NCBI GenBank assembly: GCA_042572045.1
Contig: JBHPFI010000003.1
Location: 6,342 to 70,341, forward strand
Direction: 5' to 3'
Length of the DNA: 64,000 nucleotides
Source of the DNA: Candidatus Omnitrophota bacterium
GTDB taxonomy: Bacteria; Omnitrophota; Gorgyraeia; Gorgyraeales; Gorgyraeaceae
The translations under genes and the position numbers were made by a program. Below the pieces are notes generated by a model. The model was given only the letters and a program-made list of their open reading frames with translations. It did no database searches and was not told where the DNA came from. Numbering within the stretch: position 1 is the stretch's first letter; every line of letters begins with the position of its first letter. This document shows, one piece after another, positions 20,637 through 29,793 of the stretch.

Positions 20637-21415
20637 AGACAAATAAAATGATAAAGATAACCATTGATGACAGGCAAGTAGAGGTCGCCTCCGGCGCGAC
20701 TATATTAGAGGTAGCGAATAGTTTAGGCATAGACATACCTACCTTGTGTCATCACGAGGCGCTTGAGCCTTATGGTGCGTGCCGGGTCTGTCAGGTCGAG
20801 ATAGTTACACCCAGGCGCTCGAGCGTTATTACCGCGTGCACTTACCCGGTATGGGACGGGCTTATTATAAAGACTGAATCGGAAAAGGCAAAAACGGCCC
20901 GGAAATTTGTCGTGGAGCTTTTACTGGCGCGCTGCCCAAACTCAGAAAGGATACAGAAACTTGCAAAAGACATGGGTGTTGAGGCGAAAAGATTAAAGAG
21001 CGCGAATGAAAAGGAAGAGTGTGTCCTTTGCGGACTCTGCGTACGCGCATGTAAGGATATAATATGTAAAAGCGCTATTAGTTTTGTAAGTCGCGGCGCG
21101 GACAGGAAGATTGATACACCGTTCGCAGAGCATTCTGAGGACTGTATTGGGTGCGGCGCATGCGCATTTGTCTGCCCTACAGGCGCGATAAAGATGGAGG
21201 ATATACTAAAGGTACGCAAAATACATGACCGTAAGACAGAGCTTGAGCTGGCCGGTTGCAAGTGTTGCGGCGCCAGATTTGCCACTATAAAAGAATTAGA
21301 CCATCTTAAAGGGAAAATAGATATACTTCAGGACATATTCGAACTTTGTGAAAATTGCAGACGTAAAAAATTAAAAGAAAAAATATCTAAAGTGGAGGGG
21401 GCATGTCAAAGATAA
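20633..21415 (+). CDS. short FeS protein resembling only the N-terminal [2Fe-2S]+2x[4Fe-4S] part of HydA/NuoG/FdhA, with no catalytic domain
   Basis: CHHEALEPYGACRVCQVE, CVLCGLCVRAC, CIGCGACAFVCPTGA, plus a Cys-rich tail CKCCG...CENC. 260 aa; ATGA overlap with the NuoF-like gene. Confidence 0.75.
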   Translation: MKTNKMIKITIDDRQVEVASGATILEVANSLGIDIPTLCHHEALEPYGACRVCQVEIVTPRRSSVITACTYPVWDGLIIKTESEKAKTARKFVVELLLARCPNSERIQKLAKDMGVEAKRLKSANEKEECVLCGLCVRACKDIICKSAISFVSRGADRKIDTPFAEHSEDCIGCGACAFVCPTGAIKMEDILKVRKIHDRKTELELAGCKCCGARFATIKELDHLKGKIDILQDIFELCENCRRKKLKEKISKVEGACQR

Positions 21416-23580
21416 TTGCATCAGCTGCCATAAGAGGCGCGCAAAAAATTTACAAAGAGGCAGAGGATTTTCTGAATAAGGCAATTAAAGAAAAGAACGA
21501 AGACTGCGAGGTCAAATTTCCAGAGACCGCTTTTTATTTCCCAATGGCCTACGCTCTTCTTGGGAAAGAAGTGAAGACTCTCGCAGAGGCCAAAGAGGTG
21601 CTGCAGTTTTCAAAGACGCTCCTCCATGATGAACCTACTGAAAAGATATGGCTGCCTTATCTGGGGGATACTCTGGATTCAGGTGTCGCAACGTTATTGT
21701 GCGAAGAGATCATAATGGCATTACGATACCTATATAACCAGGAGCCACAGAAGGACTGTAATGGTTTTTTCTCAGACACCATTCTGCGCACACTTGGTAT
21801 TCAGCTTGTGGATGGAAGAATGCCAGGATTCGCAGCTATTTTAGGCGCAGCGCCTGACAATAAGACCGCTGTTAATATTGTACGCGAGCTTCAAAAACGC
21901 AGCATAATGACATTTATTGGTAGTTCAGTAAATGACCGAAGTATTATTGACCAGCTCATAGAAGAGAAGGTAGAGATGGGATGGGATACCTATATAGTAC
22001 CCTATGGCAGGGATAGCTTGAGCGCAATATATCCTTTAAACTGGGCAATTCGCGGCGCTCTTACATTTGGTGGCCATAAAAAAGGGGAGGCGCTTAAATG
22101 CCTGAAGTATTGTAAAGACAGGGTGTTTGCGTTTGGCATGGTTTTGGGCGAGTTGGATGATATAAAATACGCAACTGGCGCAGGCGCTATAAATATGGGA
22201 TTTCCTATCATAGCCGATACTAATATTCCTGAGATACGACCAACCGGCATATGTACCTATGAACACGTGATAAAAGAGCTAGACCACAAAAAAATAGTCC
22301 CGACAGCTATTGAATTAAGGGGAATAAAATTAAAGGTCTCAGAGATACCGATACCTGTGTCTTATTCTCCGGCGTTTGAAGGCGAACGCGTTAGACGCGA
22401 GCAAATGTTTGCGCAATTTGGCGGCAAATATTCAACCGCATTTGAATATGTCAAAATGGTGGGTGCGGATAAGATAGAGGATGGCAAGATCGAAGTCATT
22501 GGTCCGGAAGTGGACGATATCAAAGAAGGAGACGCTGCTCCTTTAGGAATAGTCGCAGAGGTCGCCGGCAGAAAGATGCAAAAGGATTTTGAACCTATAC
22601 TGGAGAGACAGATGCACAGCTTCTTGAATGAAGCGATGGGCATATTCCACATGGGCCAGAGAGACATGTGCTGGATAAGGATCTCCAAGGACGCAAAAGA
22701 TAAAGGGTTAAAACTCAAACATTTTGGCGTAATACTGCATGCGCGTTTTCACGATGTGTTCAGCGCGATAGCTGATAAAGTGCAGGTAACGATTTACACA
22801 AAACAGGAAGATGTGGAGAAAAAAATAAAAGAGGCGCAAAAATCATATAATGAAAGAGACGCGCGCGTTGCAGGCATGACAGATGAAAACGTTGATTTAT
22901 TCTGGACATGCACGCTTTGTCAGAGTTTTGCGCCAAACCATCTTTGTATAATAAAACCTGAAAGGATCGGATTGTGCGGAGCGTACAACTGGCTGGACGC
23001 CAAGGCGTCTTATGAGTTGAATCCGACAGGGCCCAATCAGCCTATCAAAAAAGGGGAATGCCTTGATCCTGTAAAAGGCGAGTGGAAAGGCGTGAATGAA
23101 ATTCTATCGCAGAAATCCAATCGCACGCTTGAGAGGTTTTGCGGATATTCTATCATAGATTCACCTGAGACCAGCTGCGGGTGCTTTGAATGCATAATAG
23201 CCATATTGCCGGAGGTAAACGGGTTTATGGTGGTAAACAGGGAATACGCGGGCGCAACGCCGGCTGGCATGGGCTTTTCAACCCTGGCAGGAACAATCGG
23301 CGGGGGTCAGCAAACTCCGGGTTTCATGGGCATAGGAAGGCTTTATATCACAAGTAAAAAATTTATCTCTGCGGAAGGCGGTATTAAAAGAATAGTATGG
23401 ATGCCCAAGGAGCTAAAAGAGGCGCTTAGCGATAAACTAAAAGAACGAGGCAAGGAATTGGGAGAGCCTGACTTAATAAATAAAATAGCAGATGAGACAG
23501 TAGCTACGTCTAGTGAAGAGCTATTGCCTTATCTAGAGAAGGTCGGCCATCCAGCATTGACAATGGAAGTAGTAATGTAA
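21403..23580 (+). CDS. acsB: acetyl-CoA synthase (A-cluster subunit, AcsB/CdhC type)
   Basis: 725 aa. A-cluster ligands WTCTLCQSFAPNHLC and Cys-Gly-Cys (SCGCFECI). Confidence 0.95.
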   Translation: MSKIIASAAIRGAQKIYKEAEDFLNKAIKEKNEDCEVKFPETAFYFPMAYALLGKEVKTLAEAKEVLQFSKTLLHDEPTEKIWLPYLGDTLDSGVATLLCEEIIMALRYLYNQEPQKDCNGFFSDTILRTLGIQLVDGRMPGFAAILGAAPDNKTAVNIVRELQKRSIMTFIGSSVNDRSIIDQLIEEKVEMGWDTYIVPYGRDSLSAIYPLNWAIRGALTFGGHKKGEALKCLKYCKDRVFAFGMVLGELDDIKYATGAGAINMGFPIIADTNIPEIRPTGICTYEHVIKELDHKKIVPTAIELRGIKLKVSEIPIPVSYSPAFEGERVRREQMFAQFGGKYSTAFEYVKMVGADKIEDGKIEVIGPEVDDIKEGDAAPLGIVAEVAGRKMQKDFEPILERQMHSFLNEAMGIFHMGQRDMCWIRISKDAKDKGLKLKHFGVILHARFHDVFSAIADKVQVTIYTKQEDVEKKIKEAQKSYNERDARVAGMTDENVDLFWTCTLCQSFAPNHLCIIKPERIGLCGAYNWLDAKASYELNPTGPNQPIKKGECLDPVKGEWKGVNEILSQKSNRTLERFCGYSIIDSPETSCGCFECIIAILPEVNGFMVVNREYAGATPAGMGFSTLAGTIGGGQQTPGFMGIGRLYITSKKFISAEGGIKRIVWMPKELKEALSDKLKERGKELGEPDLINKIADETVATSSEELLPYLEKVGHPALTMEVVM

Positions 23581-23588
23581 GTGAGGTC

Positions 23589-23620
23589 GCGACTTACACA
23601 ACGAAGTGAACGTAAGTCGC
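23589..23620. other. 9-bp stem hairpin GCGACTTAC-N14-GTAAGTCGC just after the acsB stop
   Basis: Perfect inverted repeat read directly; no adjacent U-tract. Confidence 0.6.
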
Positions 23621-23624
23621 TGAC

Positions 23625-23661
23625 CGAACTTATCCTTGAGGGTTTTTGGGGTTATTAAGAA
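23625..23661 (+). repeat. shared intergenic motif CGAACTTATCCTTGAsG-T-run-GGTTATT, copy 1
   Basis: Aligns with 44301-44339 (first 14 nt identical, the rest with small indels). Both copies follow a hairpin at the 3' end of an acs block. Confidence 0.6.
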
Positions 23662-23753
23662 GATAGCGGGAGAAGAGTTAGTTTTATGATAACAAAAAAT
23701 GTCAAGGGTCAGATTTGTTCGAACGAAGCGGACTCATTAAAGGAGATGACTAA

Positions 23754-25097
23754 ATGGCTCTATCGGGTTTAGATATTTACAAATTGCTACCAAAGACAAA
23801 CTGCAAAAAGTGCGGTTCGCCGACATGTCTTGCCTTTGCGATGAAGCTGGCAATGAAAAAGACATCTCTGGATCAATGCCCTGATATTTCAGAAGAAGCA
23901 AAGGCTTCTCTGGCTCAGGCTTCACGTCCGCCTATCGCGACGATAACTATTGGTTCGGGCGACAACAAAGTAGAAACAGGAGGGGAAACGGTTTTATTCA
24001 GGCATGAAAAAACCTTTTATCATCAGACCGCGATAGCAATAAGCGTAGAGGACACGCTTTCCGATTCTGAATTAACAGAAAAGGTTAAATCAATAGAAGG
24101 GCTTAGCTTTGAAAGAGTCGGCCAGCATATTGAGATTGACATGATAGCCCTGGTCAATACCAGCGCATCCAGCGAAAAATTTATCAATACGCTGGATAAA
24201 CTTGTTGCTGCCTCGGGTAAACCGATAATATTGATAAGCGACAACGTAAAGGCGATCGAAGATGCCCTGAAAAAATATCCTGACAAGAAACCTTTGATAT
24301 ATGCGGCAACGAGCGCCAATTTAAAAGACATGTCTCGGATAGCAAAGAGCTATAAGGCACCGCTCGCCTTAAAAGCCGATGGATTAGAGGAGCTTGACAA
24401 GCTTTCTCAGGAAGCAGCCTCGTCAGGCATAGAGGAGTTGGTTTTAGACCCAAACCCGTCAACGCTAAACCAGGCCATAAATGATTTTACTCAGATCAGA
24501 AGGCTCTGTCTGAAAAAAAATTACCGGGCCTTTGGTTATCCCATTATCGCATTTGTAAAGAGCAAGGAAAAATACCAGATGGTGCAGGAGGCGTCTACCT
24601 TTATCGCAAAATACGCGAGCTTAATCGTGATAGATTCTTTAGACAAAGAGGTGTTGCTTCCGGTCGTCACCCTGCGGCAGAATATTTATACAGACCCGCA
24701 GAAGCCGGTTACTGTTGAGCCAAAACTGTACGCCTTTGGCGCGGTTGACAAAAATTCGCCCGTTATGGTAACGACTAATTTTTCCCTTACATTTTATACT
24801 GTCTCGCCTGAGATAGAGGCAAGTAAAAATCCGGCATATCTTCTTGTCACGGATTCAGAAGGCATGAGTGTTCTTACGGCGTGGGCAGCGGAAAAATTTA
24901 CGCCAGAAGGTATATCCGAGTCAATGAAAAAATTCGACGTAGAAAGCGCGGTTTCGCATAAAAAAATCATTATTCCCGGGTATGTCTCGGTCTTGAGCGG
25001 AAAACTGGAGGACGCTTCTGGATGGCAGGTGCTTGTAGGCCCTAAAGAGGCGTCGGGCCTGCCAAAGTATTTGAAAGAGGTTTGGACTAAATCATGA
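23754..25097 (+). CDS. acsC: corrinoid iron-sulfur protein large subunit
   Basis: N-terminal [4Fe-4S] motif LPKTNCKKCGSPTCLAFA, 447 aa. Confidence 0.9.
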   Translation: MALSGLDIYKLLPKTNCKKCGSPTCLAFAMKLAMKKTSLDQCPDISEEAKASLAQASRPPIATITIGSGDNKVETGGETVLFRHEKTFYHQTAIAISVEDTLSDSELTEKVKSIEGLSFERVGQHIEIDMIALVNTSASSEKFINTLDKLVAASGKPIILISDNVKAIEDALKKYPDKKPLIYAATSANLKDMSRIAKSYKAPLALKADGLEELDKLSQEAASSGIEELVLDPNPSTLNQAINDFTQIRRLCLKKNYRAFGYPIIAFVKSKEKYQMVQEASTFIAKYASLIVIDSLDKEVLLPVVTLRQNIYTDPQKPVTVEPKLYAFGAVDKNSPVMVTTNFSLTFYTVSPEIEASKNPAYLLVTDSEGMSVLTAWAAEKFTPEGISESMKKFDVESAVSHKKIIIPGYVSVLSGKLEDASGWQVLVGPKEASGLPKYLKEVWTKS

Positions 25098-25645
25098 ACC
25101 TTGCCAACAAGATAACGCTGCTGCGCATACTTTTAATACCTTTTTTTATTGCCTGTATTTTATATTACGGGGAAGCGAGGCCATATCTTAGACTTGTGGC
25201 GCTTGTCATATTTGCGATAGCCATGCTAACGGACGCGATTGACGGAGGCTTTGCCCGAAGCCGCTCTCAGGTAACAGACCTAGGCATAGTCCTGGATCCG
25301 ATAGCGGATAAGCTGCTTATAATAAGCGCGTTCATATCTTTATCCACCATAAAAAGCATCCCTGAAGACCTGCGCATTCCTGCATGGGCAGCTTTAACCG
25401 TGATAAGCCGGGATATCATCATTATCCTCGGTTCTTTAATAATATATTTTTTAAAAGGCCATTTGGCAATAAAACCCAGCTGGCTCGGCAAGATAACAAC
25501 CTTCTTTCAGATGATGGCCATACTGACAATTCTCGTAATATTTAAATATAATAAATTTCTCATATATCCAGCGGTTTTCTTCACCATCCTTTCCGGAATA
25601 GACTACATCTGGCGCGGTTCAAGGCAGTTAAATGAAGCCTCATAA
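25094..25645 (+). CDS. pgsA: CDP-diacylglycerol--glycerol-3-phosphate 3-phosphatidyltransferase (CDP-alcohol phosphatidyltransferase family)
   Basis: DAIDGGFAR...G...DPIADK signature, multiple TM helices. ATGA overlap with acsC. Confidence 0.85.
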   Translation: MNLANKITLLRILLIPFFIACILYYGEARPYLRLVALVIFAIAMLTDAIDGGFARSRSQVTDLGIVLDPIADKLLIISAFISLSTIKSIPEDLRIPAWAALTVISRDIIIILGSLIIYFLKGHLAIKPSWLGKITTFFQMMAILTILVIFKYNKFLIYPAVFFTILSGIDYIWRGSRQLNEAS

Positions 25646-26942
25646 GCATAACCCCCCTCAGATAGTTATCATAGGTAGGCCTAATGTAGGCAAATCCACC
25701 CTGTTTAACAGGATCACGGGAAAGCGCAAGGCAGTTGTGGAAAAAGCGGAATCCACGACGCGCGACAGGCTTAGCGAAAGCGTAAATTTCTCAGGAAGCA
25801 TTTTTAAATTAATAGACACGGGAGGGATGCGCTTTAATAGAAGCGAAGAAATGGCATCCCTTGTTGAAAAGCAAGTGATGTTTGCCATAAAAGAAGCGAA
25901 TAAGATACTTTTTGTGTGCGACGTGAAAGATGGCGTATTGCCTCTTGACCAAAAGATATGCGACCTTATTAGAAAATTTAGCAAGCCCGTCGTCCTGGTT
26001 GTAAATAAGGTAGACAATAAACAGCTTCTGCAGCATTGCCATGAGTTTTATAATCTGGGACTGGGCGAACCGGTGGCAGTATCCAGCCTGCATGGATCAG
26101 GCATAAGAGACTTGATGGAGGTCATTGTCAAGGAGCACCCTTACCCTACAGAAGAAGACCGAGGATTGAAAAACACCGTAAGATTGGCGGTAGTCGGCAA
26201 ACCCAATGCCGGCAAGTCGTTGTTTGTAAATGCCATACTCGGCGAGGAAAGGGTTATTGTGAGCCCTGAGCCAGGCACAACAAGGGATTCGATAGATACC
26301 TATTTTGAAAAAGACAAGAAAGGTTTTGTTGTAATCGATACTGCGGGAATCCGCTCGAAAAAAAAGATCAAAGACGCTGTCACCTATTTCAGCATATTGC
26401 GCACCGAGCAGAGTGTAAAAAAAAGCGACGTGTGCGTGATTTTGATAGACGGGATGGCTGGAATAGACAAAGAGGATTACAAAATAATAGACATCGTCCA
26501 GAAGAAATTAAAGCCTTTTGTGTTGACGGTGAACAAGTGGGACCTTTGTAAAAAAGAAGATATTAAGATGAAAGACTATGAGGCAGTAATAAGAAAAAAC
26601 CTGCGATTTATTTATAACGCTCCCATCTTATTTGTATCTTCCTTGACTGGGCAGAATATTTTGGATACGTTGGATTGGGCGTACGAACTTGCGCAAAGGT
26701 CCAGAACCAATTTTTCAACAGACCGCCTTAATCTGATATTGAAGCGCATCATAATAAAGGAAACAAGGCTATATTCGATAAGACCGATAAAAAATTCGCC
26801 TCCTGAGTTTGAAATTATCGCTAAGAACCCTGATGTAATAAATGGACAGAGCAGGAATCAGATTGTCAATAGGTTAAGAAGCGAATTAGCATTAGAGGGC
26901 GTCCCGATAAAGCTAAATTTTAGAAAAAAGGTTTTTAAATAA
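25632..26942 (+). CDS. der: ribosome-biogenesis GTPase Der (EngA)
   Basis: Two GTPase domains (GRPNVGKST, GKPNAGKSL; DTGG/DTAG; NKVD/NKWD). Confidence 0.95.
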   Translation: MKPHKHNPPQIVIIGRPNVGKSTLFNRITGKRKAVVEKAESTTRDRLSESVNFSGSIFKLIDTGGMRFNRSEEMASLVEKQVMFAIKEANKILFVCDVKDGVLPLDQKICDLIRKFSKPVVLVVNKVDNKQLLQHCHEFYNLGLGEPVAVSSLHGSGIRDLMEVIVKEHPYPTEEDRGLKNTVRLAVVGKPNAGKSLFVNAILGEERVIVSPEPGTTRDSIDTYFEKDKKGFVVIDTAGIRSKKKIKDAVTYFSILRTEQSVKKSDVCVILIDGMAGIDKEDYKIIDIVQKKLKPFVLTVNKWDLCKKEDIKMKDYEAVIRKNLRFIYNAPILFVSSLTGQNILDTLDWAYELAQRSRTNFSTDRLNLILKRIIIKETRLYSIRPIKNSPPEFEIIAKNPDVINGQSRNQIVNRLRSELALEGVPIKLNFRKKVFK

Positions 26943-27008
26943 CTGACCTTTTGGGGTCTTTTGATATTCAAAAGCCCTGGGAAGGTTGATGGCGAGGAGA
27001 AGTCAAAT

Positions 27009-27638
27009 ATGTCTTATTTTATATTATCTTTAGGTGTACTTGCCGCCTATTTAATCGGTTCAACGCCAACCGCTTACATCTTTGGCCGCTTGTTAAAAGG
27101 CGTTGATATACGACAGTTGGGAAGCGGCAACGTAGGCGCGACAAACACCTTCAGGGTTATTGGCAGGATTCCGGGTCTAATGGTTCTGGCAATAGATATC
27201 CTAAAAGGGTTTGTGTGCGTTACCTATATTGCGAATTGTGTTATGTATGTCTCTCCGGCGCCAAGGCCTGAATTTTATAGAGTGCTTATGGGCTTGGTCG
27301 CCATACTGGGACATAATTGGCCTGTATTTTTGAAGTTTAAAGGCGGCAAAGGCGTTGCTACAAGCGCAGGGGTCGTGATAGGGCTTATACCAGGGATATT
27401 CTGGATAGGGTTCCTGGTATGGTGCATTGTATTCTCTATAACAGGGTATATATCCCTAGCCTCTATCATAGCATCTGTTTCAGTGCCGTTATTTACCCTG
27501 ATCTTCGGGCAATCAACAGAAGTCGTTGTGTTTATGAGCATCCTCTGTGTTGTGATAACATACAAGCACAGGCCAAATATAAAGCGCTTAAAAAAAGGGG
27601 AAGAAAAAAGAATATCCTTGTTTGGCAAATCAAGATAG
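27009..27638 (+). CDS. plsY: glycerol-3-phosphate acyltransferase PlsY
   Basis: GSGNVGATN motif, polytopic membrane protein. ATG 27009 follows GAGGAG. Confidence 0.9.
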   Translation: MSYFILSLGVLAAYLIGSTPTAYIFGRLLKGVDIRQLGSGNVGATNTFRVIGRIPGLMVLAIDILKGFVCVTYIANCVMYVSPAPRPEFYRVLMGLVAILGHNWPVFLKFKGGKGVATSAGVVIGLIPGIFWIGFLVWCIVFSITGYISLASIIASVSVPLFTLIFGQSTEVVVFMSILCVVITYKHRPNIKRLKKGEEKRISLFGKSR

Positions 27639-27675
27639 CTTGACAAATCAGTCAATGAGAAATGTGTCAAGTTAG
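27639..27675 (+). repeat. CTTGAnAAATC..TCAATGAnAAA palindromic element, copy A
   Basis: 37 nt identical to 47391-47427 except one base. Nested hairpins TTGAC-N6-GTCAA and CTTGACA-N19-TGTCAAG. Confidence 0.8.
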
Positions 27676-27700
27676 CATGGGTTGCGCTTTCATTTTTCAC

Positions 27701-29665
27701 ATGGACAGGTTTATAACTAATATTTTTGACATATCCGGCCCTATCGCAAAGATCCTGCCGAACTACGAGATAAGAAAAGAGCAGATAGAGATGGCTGATG
27801 CTACGAGTAAAGCCATCTCTAACTCAGAGATCCTCGTGGTCGAGGCGGGAACAGGCGTTGGCAAAAGCTTTTCTTATCTTACGCCTATCGCGCAACATGT
27901 CTTTGAGACCGAATCCGTTGCGATAATCTCTACAAATACAATAAGCCTCCAGGAACAGATCATCCACAAAGACATCCCTTTTCTCCAAAAGGCCATGGAT
28001 AAGGATTTTAAGGCAGTGCTTGTAAAAGGCAGACATAATTACCTTTGCCTGAGAAGATTACACAGGTCTAATTTTAAACAAAAAGACCTTTTTGCTGACG
28101 AGTACGAAATGCGGCAGTTTGCCAAGATCGTGGCATGGTCATATAAAACAGAAGATGGTTCGCTTTACGATCTGGACGAGGCGCCAGATCCAAGGGTATG
28201 GGACATGGTTTCGGCCAATAGAGAGAGCTGTCTTAGCAAGAAATGTCCTTATTACAAGCAATGTTTTTTTCAAAGGGCCAGAGAAAATATGCGCGAGGCC
28301 AGTATATTGATCGTAAACCATCATCTCTTTTTTTCAAATCTGGCGATAGAGGATGAGCAGAAAAGCATCCTTCCTGAATGTGACGTGCTCGTGTTTGATG
28401 AGGCGCATAGCATAGAAAATGTGGCAACAGAGCATCTAGGAGCAACTGTTAGTAATTCAGGCATCAGATATTTAATGGAGCTTTTATTCAATCCCAGAAA
28501 ACAAAAAGGGTTTTTATTGACTATCGGCGCCCATGATAGCATGGAATGGGTGGAGCTTGTTCGAAAAAAATCAGAATCCTTTTTTAAGGAAATAAAGGAG
28601 TATTTTCAGGGCAGAAAACTGCAGGGGGAATCTGACTCCTTAAGAATAAGAAAACCCGATTTTGTGGATAATTGCCTGCAGATACCTCTTTCCAAGCTTG
28701 CGGAATCCTTGATGGACGCAAAAAAGAATACCTCCAACAAGGAGGATGAGATAGAGATATCGTCGTTCGTTAAAAAAATAAACGCACTTAATGATTCCTT
28801 GGACGTTATTTTAAATCAGGCCCTTGATGATTATGTATACTGGACAGAGTGCTCGAAAAACAAGAACGTTAATAAGGTTTCTATTAACGCCGCGCCAATA
28901 AACATAGGAAATATTTTAGGTGCCAGGCTCTTTTCCGCGCACAAGCCAATGATCCTGACCAGCGCAACGCTCTCGGTGGATAAGGGCACTTTTAAATATT
29001 TTAAGGGTCGCCTGGGCATAGGGGATTCGAAAGAACTAAGGCTTGGCTCACCTTTTGATTATAAAAATCAGGTCAGGATGTATATAGCTAAAAACATGCC
29101 GTTGCCGTCTAATCTCATAGAGTATTCCCATGCTCTAGCAGAAAAAATCAAGAAGTATATCGAGCTTACAAACGGCAGCGCGTTTGTGCTGTTTACAAGC
29201 TATGCCCTTATGAACATTGTCTACGAAGAACTTGAAGGCTACCTGACTGAAAAAGGGCTTAATGTCCTCAAGCAAGGAGGTGGGCTCGGAAGAAGCAAAA
29301 TGCTGTCGAGATTCAAAGACAATGCGGGCTCTGTTCTTTTTGGCGTGGACAGTTTTTGGCAGGGAATAGACGTGCAGGGCAAGGCGCTTTCAAATGTGAT
29401 AATAACAAAATTGCCGTTTGCAGTCCCGGATTATCCTGTCATAGAAGCCAGAATCGAAGATATGCAGAAAAAAGGGAAAGACGCCTTTTTGGAATACAAT
29501 CTTCCTGAAGCTGTATTAAGGTTTAAACAGGGGTTTGGCAGGTTGGTCAGAAGCAAGCTGGATACAGGCATAATCGCCATCCTTGATAGCCGCATAATAA
29601 ATAAATCCTACGGCCGGCAGTTTTTGAATTCTATCCCAAAGTGTGAAATAATCATAGATAAATAA
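27701..29665 (+). CDS. dinG: DinG/XPD-family ATP-dependent helicase (Fe-S type)
   Basis: Walker A EAGTGVGKS, DEAH box VFDEAHS, Cys cluster CLSKKCPYYKQC. Internal ATG 27701 chosen because the track start lies inside repeat copy A. Confidence 0.85.
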   Translation: MDRFITNIFDISGPIAKILPNYEIRKEQIEMADATSKAISNSEILVVEAGTGVGKSFSYLTPIAQHVFETESVAIISTNTISLQEQIIHKDIPFLQKAMDKDFKAVLVKGRHNYLCLRRLHRSNFKQKDLFADEYEMRQFAKIVAWSYKTEDGSLYDLDEAPDPRVWDMVSANRESCLSKKCPYYKQCFFQRARENMREASILIVNHHLFFSNLAIEDEQKSILPECDVLVFDEAHSIENVATEHLGATVSNSGIRYLMELLFNPRKQKGFLLTIGAHDSMEWVELVRKKSESFFKEIKEYFQGRKLQGESDSLRIRKPDFVDNCLQIPLSKLAESLMDAKKNTSNKEDEIEISSFVKKINALNDSLDVILNQALDDYVYWTECSKNKNVNKVSINAAPINIGNILGARLFSAHKPMILTSATLSVDKGTFKYFKGRLGIGDSKELRLGSPFDYKNQVRMYIAKNMPLPSNLIEYSHALAEKIKKYIELTNGSAFVLFTSYALMNIVYEELEGYLTEKGLNVLKQGGGLGRSKMLSRFKDNAGSVLFGVDSFWQGIDVQGKALSNVIITKLPFAVPDYPVIEARIEDMQKKGKDAFLEYNLPEAVLRFKQGFGRLVRSKLDTGIIAILDSRIINKSYGRQFLNSIPKCEIIIDK

Positions 29666-29701
29666 AACGCCATGCGCCTTATCAAGCTTTCTTCAGTATC
29701 T

Positions 29702-29727
29702 CTTTTTGTCATTGAGGATTTATCAAG
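29702..29727 (-). repeat. CTTGAnAAATC..TCAATGAnAAA element, copy D (reverse orientation)
   Basis: The reverse complement, cttgaTaaatcctcaatgacaaaaag, matches 39557-39582 at 25 of 26 nt. Confidence 0.8.
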
Positions 29728-29739
29728 TTGCGTTGCCTA

Positions 29740-29768
29740 TTGACACCTTAGATTTTTTACTATATACT
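29740..29768 (+). promoter_or_regulatory. sigma70-like promoter upstream of trpB
   Basis: TTGACA-N17-TATACT; ATG is 26 nt downstream of the -10, after GGAGAT. Confidence 0.6.
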
Positions 29769-29793
29769 TTATATCTTATATTGGAGATAGAGT

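Noticed and set aside
23686-23772. 28-aa ORF (MITKNVKGQICSNEADSLKEMTKWLYRV) in the acsB-acsC spacer
   Set aside because: It has no SD, overlaps the acsC start out of frame, and has no recognisable features. It is probably fortuitous.
27640-27655. TTGA-N8-TCAA (copies A and B) / TTGA-N7-TCAA (copy C) read as FNR/CRP-type boxes
   Set aside because: The FNR consensus is TTGAT-N4-ATCAA, which is TTGA-N6-TCAA. Spacing here is 7-8 and differs between copies, which does not fit a rigid dimer site. It is kept only as an unassigned palindromic repeat.
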